From IMG/VR virus record IMGVR_UViG_2703718829_000001: 15,311 nt of DNA. One strand, 5' to 3'. Position 1 is the first letter of the stretch. Every line of letters begins with the position of its first letter. The stretch comes from a virus. Lineage: Duplodnaviria > Heunggongvirae > Uroviricota > Caudoviricetes. A program made the position numbers and the translations under genes. Positions 13,801 to 15,311 of this stretch are shown piece after piece. Below the pieces are notes generated by a model that did no database searches, was not told where the DNA came from, and worked only from the letters and a program-made list of their open reading frames with translations.

Positions 13801-13829
13801 AAACAAAAAAGCCACCCCGAAGGATGGCT
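13801..13829 (-). terminator. Intrinsic terminator after the major tail tube gene
   Basis: Minus-strand RNA reads GCCAUCC-UUCG-GGGUGGC followed by UUUUUUGUUU, starting 8 nt after the stop at 13838. Textbook hairpin with a UUCG tetraloop and a U-run. Confidence 0.75.
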
Positions 13830-13837
13830 AGATAATA

Positions 13838-14308
13838 TTAGAGTTTCTGGAAAACAGCTTGTTTAACCGGAGCACCATCTACTACAAAGGTGAAGGTACG
13901 GCCTACTACAGCATCCTCACCACCAGTCATGGTAGTTTTAGACAGGAAGCCGTTATAAGCGATATGTACACCAGATTTTTTCGTAGCATCGATGTAGTAA
14001 GCAATTTTAAGCTGTACGCGCTTACCGTCTTCGGTTGCTTTAATCAGTTTTTCGTGTACTTCGTTACCCGGCATGTAGTTGATCGAAAGTTCGATATCCG
14101 GTACAGACATACGACCAACCAGCTTACGGTTATAAGCACCAGAGAAGTTAGGAACATCGATCGTAGAACGTTCTACACCAGTTTCCGGGAACGCTGCGCA
14201 TTCTGGGATTTCCAGATAGGTTTCAGCATCAAGGTCTTTATTGCTTACGTCTTCTTGCAGAAACAGACCAACGAGGCCACCAGAGAAAATATCAAATTTA
14301 GTAGTCAT
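13838..14308 (-). CDS. Major tail tube protein (gpV-like tube domain, no Ig-like C-terminal extension)
   Basis: 156-aa ORF with ATG at 14308 and an AAGGAAAAG Shine-Dalgarno. It lies upstream of the chaperone pair and tape measure gene and is followed by a strong terminator. Segments NYMPGNEV / KRVQLKIAYY / VGRTFTFVVDG resemble the lambda gpV tube domain as recalled. Confidence 0.75.
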   Translation of the reverse strand: MTTKFDIFSGGLVGLFLQEDVSNKDLDAETYLEIPECAAFPETGVERSTIDVPNFSGAYNRKLVGRMSVPDIELSINYMPGNEVHEKLIKATEDGKRVQLKIAYYIDATKKSGVHIAYNGFLSKTTMTGGEDAVVGRTFTFVVDGAPVKQAVFQKL

Positions 14309-14362
14309 TATTCTTTTCCTTCTATTTTAAACAATAGGGCACATACCCGTAATTCTATTTAT

Positions 14363-14665
14363 TTAGCGGTTGCTCAAACGTCTATAACGAAGATGAGCGA
14401 CCCCCCTATTTGTGCTAACGGTAATTACCGCCCCTTGCGGTGCAATACAAGAATGAATCTGTCCCCAATCATGACCCTTATGACTTCCAGACACACAAAA
14501 GCCATGCAAAAGCAATTCTGAGTCACCACCGCCACCACCAGAAGAACTAGCACCAAATGAAACCGTACCGAAAGCGTCGGCTGTCCAACCGTTAGGAATA
14601 TCAAACCATCCCTGATTAGCTTTACCGGCTTTATTGTCTAAAACGCCATACACCCAATATCCCAT
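14363..14665 (-). CDS. Glycine-rich small protein, paralog 3 of 3 (100 aa), function unknown
   Basis: ATG at 14665 with an AGGAG Shine-Dalgarno 9 nt upstream; the start overlaps the stop of paralog 2. Shares MGYWV, WFDIPNGW, a poly-Gly run and a basic/aromatic C-terminus with its two neighbours. Confidence 0.7.
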   Translation of the reverse strand: MGYWVYGVLDNKAGKANQGWFDIPNGWTADAFGTVSFGASSSGGGGGDSELLLHGFCVSGSHKGHDWGQIHSCIAPQGAVITVSTNRGVAHLRYRRLSNR

Positions 14666-14970
14666 TAATGCATTCTCCTAAATTGGAAGTGGTTTAAACT
14701 TCCTTTACCAATGCTAAAACTGACAGTAGCACCAACACCAACTAAAGAACTAGCTCCCCAACTTCCGGCATTACCAGCGTGATGACCTGATTCGAGAGTA
14801 CCGTTTACATATAATTCGGCGTCCAAGTCACCTCCACCGCCAACGGCTTCGGCATGAACAGACACAATACCGCATGAATCCGTCACCCAACCATTAGGGA
14901 TACCAAACCAGCCGCCATTAGCATAAATGCTAATAGCATTAGCCATTCTTCCAGCAACCCAACCAGCCAT
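14665..14970 (-). CDS. Glycine-rich small protein, paralog 2 of 3 (101 aa), function unknown
   Basis: ATG at 14970 with a GGAG Shine-Dalgarno 8 nt upstream; 2 nt after the stop of paralog 1. Motifs MAGWV, WFGIPNGW, GGGG. Confidence 0.7.
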   Translation of the reverse strand: MAGWVAGRMANAISIYANGGWFGIPNGWVTDSCGIVSVHAEAVGGGGDLDAELYVNGTLESGHHAGNAGSWGASSLVGVGATVSFSIGKGSLNHFQFRRMH

Positions 14971-14972
14971 AA

Positions 14973-15269
14973 TTAAAACTCCATAAATTTAAAGTATTCA
15001 ATACCACCGACACCCCCATGACCAAAGGTGACAGTACATCCAGCAGGAACAAACGCATTAACCGTAAATCCCCAATCCCCACCACCACGACGACGCGCGG
15101 CGACCATACCGTCAACGGAAATATGCATATCGCCCCAACCATCACGAGCGGTATGCCGCAAAACGGCAACACCAGCACGACCGGGTACATATCCATTAGG
15201 AATATCAAAAACATGCCATTTTACAGCATCTATTTTAGTGCCTTGTTCATTACTTACCCAATAGCCCAT
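14973..15269 (-). CDS. Glycine-rich small protein, paralog 1 of 3 (98 aa), function unknown
   Basis: ATG at 15269 with an AAGGA Shine-Dalgarno 6 nt upstream. Motifs MGYWV, FDIPNGY, RRRGGGDWG. The most divergent of the three. Confidence 0.65.
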   Translation of the reverse strand: MGYWVSNEQGTKIDAVKWHVFDIPNGYVPGRAGVAVLRHTARDGWGDMHISVDGMVAARRRGGGDWGFTVNAFVPAGCTVTFGHGGVGGIEYFKFMEF

Positions 15270-15311
15270 TTAAGATCCTTAGCGGGGATTTCTCCCATAA
15301 GCGCTAACTTA

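Noticed and set aside
14939-15264. ORFs 14939-15214 (minus) and 15028-15264 (plus) overlapping paralog 1
   Set aside because: Alternative frames of the GC-rich, Gly-codon-rich paralog gene. They lack ribosome-binding sites and the paralog frame is supported by conservation with its two neighbours.
15258-15311. Open minus-strand frame entering from the right window edge and ending at 15258 (…KLALMGEIPAKDLKWAIG), overlapping the paralog 1 start
   Set aside because: Only 18 codons are visible and the other two frames have stops, so it may be the C-terminus of an upstream gene or nothing. Not callable without sequence beyond the window.
1-15311. CRISPR arrays, tRNA or rRNA genes, transposase or IS elements
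   Set aside because: No regularly spaced direct repeats, no cloverleaf-like conserved tRNA motifs that I could recognise by eye, and no transposase-like ORFs. The window is almost entirely protein-coding. A tRNAscan or Infernal run would be needed to fully exclude small RNAs.

Overview
This 15.3 kb window reads as a tailed-phage (siphovirus-type, lambda-like) tail module on the minus strand, converging on a 5'-truncated large serine recombinase on the plus strand. Between them lies a ~3.3 kb accessory block of small genes. All calls come from reading the ORF translations and the DNA by eye; no database search or computation was run, and similarities to lambda gpV, gpI, gpJ and gpK are from recalled sequence. 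Minus-strand order (right to left): three tandem glycine-rich ~100-aa paralogs (14363-15269), major tail tube protein, intrinsic terminator, two tail assembly chaperones (G/T-like), an 809-aa tape measure protein, three minor tail proteins (the third gpK-like with an NlpC/P60 motif), and a 1258-aa gpJ-like central fibre carrying a gpI-like N-terminal segment. The accessory block then holds two small membrane proteins, a Lys/Arg-rich 227-aa protein, a 115-aa hypothetical, a peptidase M15 (putative endolysin), an acidic protein and a GIY-YIG/T5orf172-like protein. GC looks about 40-45% overall. No rRNA, tRNA or CRISPR array was recognised. The most interesting items are the triplicated glycine-rich genes, a recurring hairpin that buries the Shine-Dalgarno of the next gene, the gpI-gpJ fusion, and a perfect palindrome just 3' of the recombinase.
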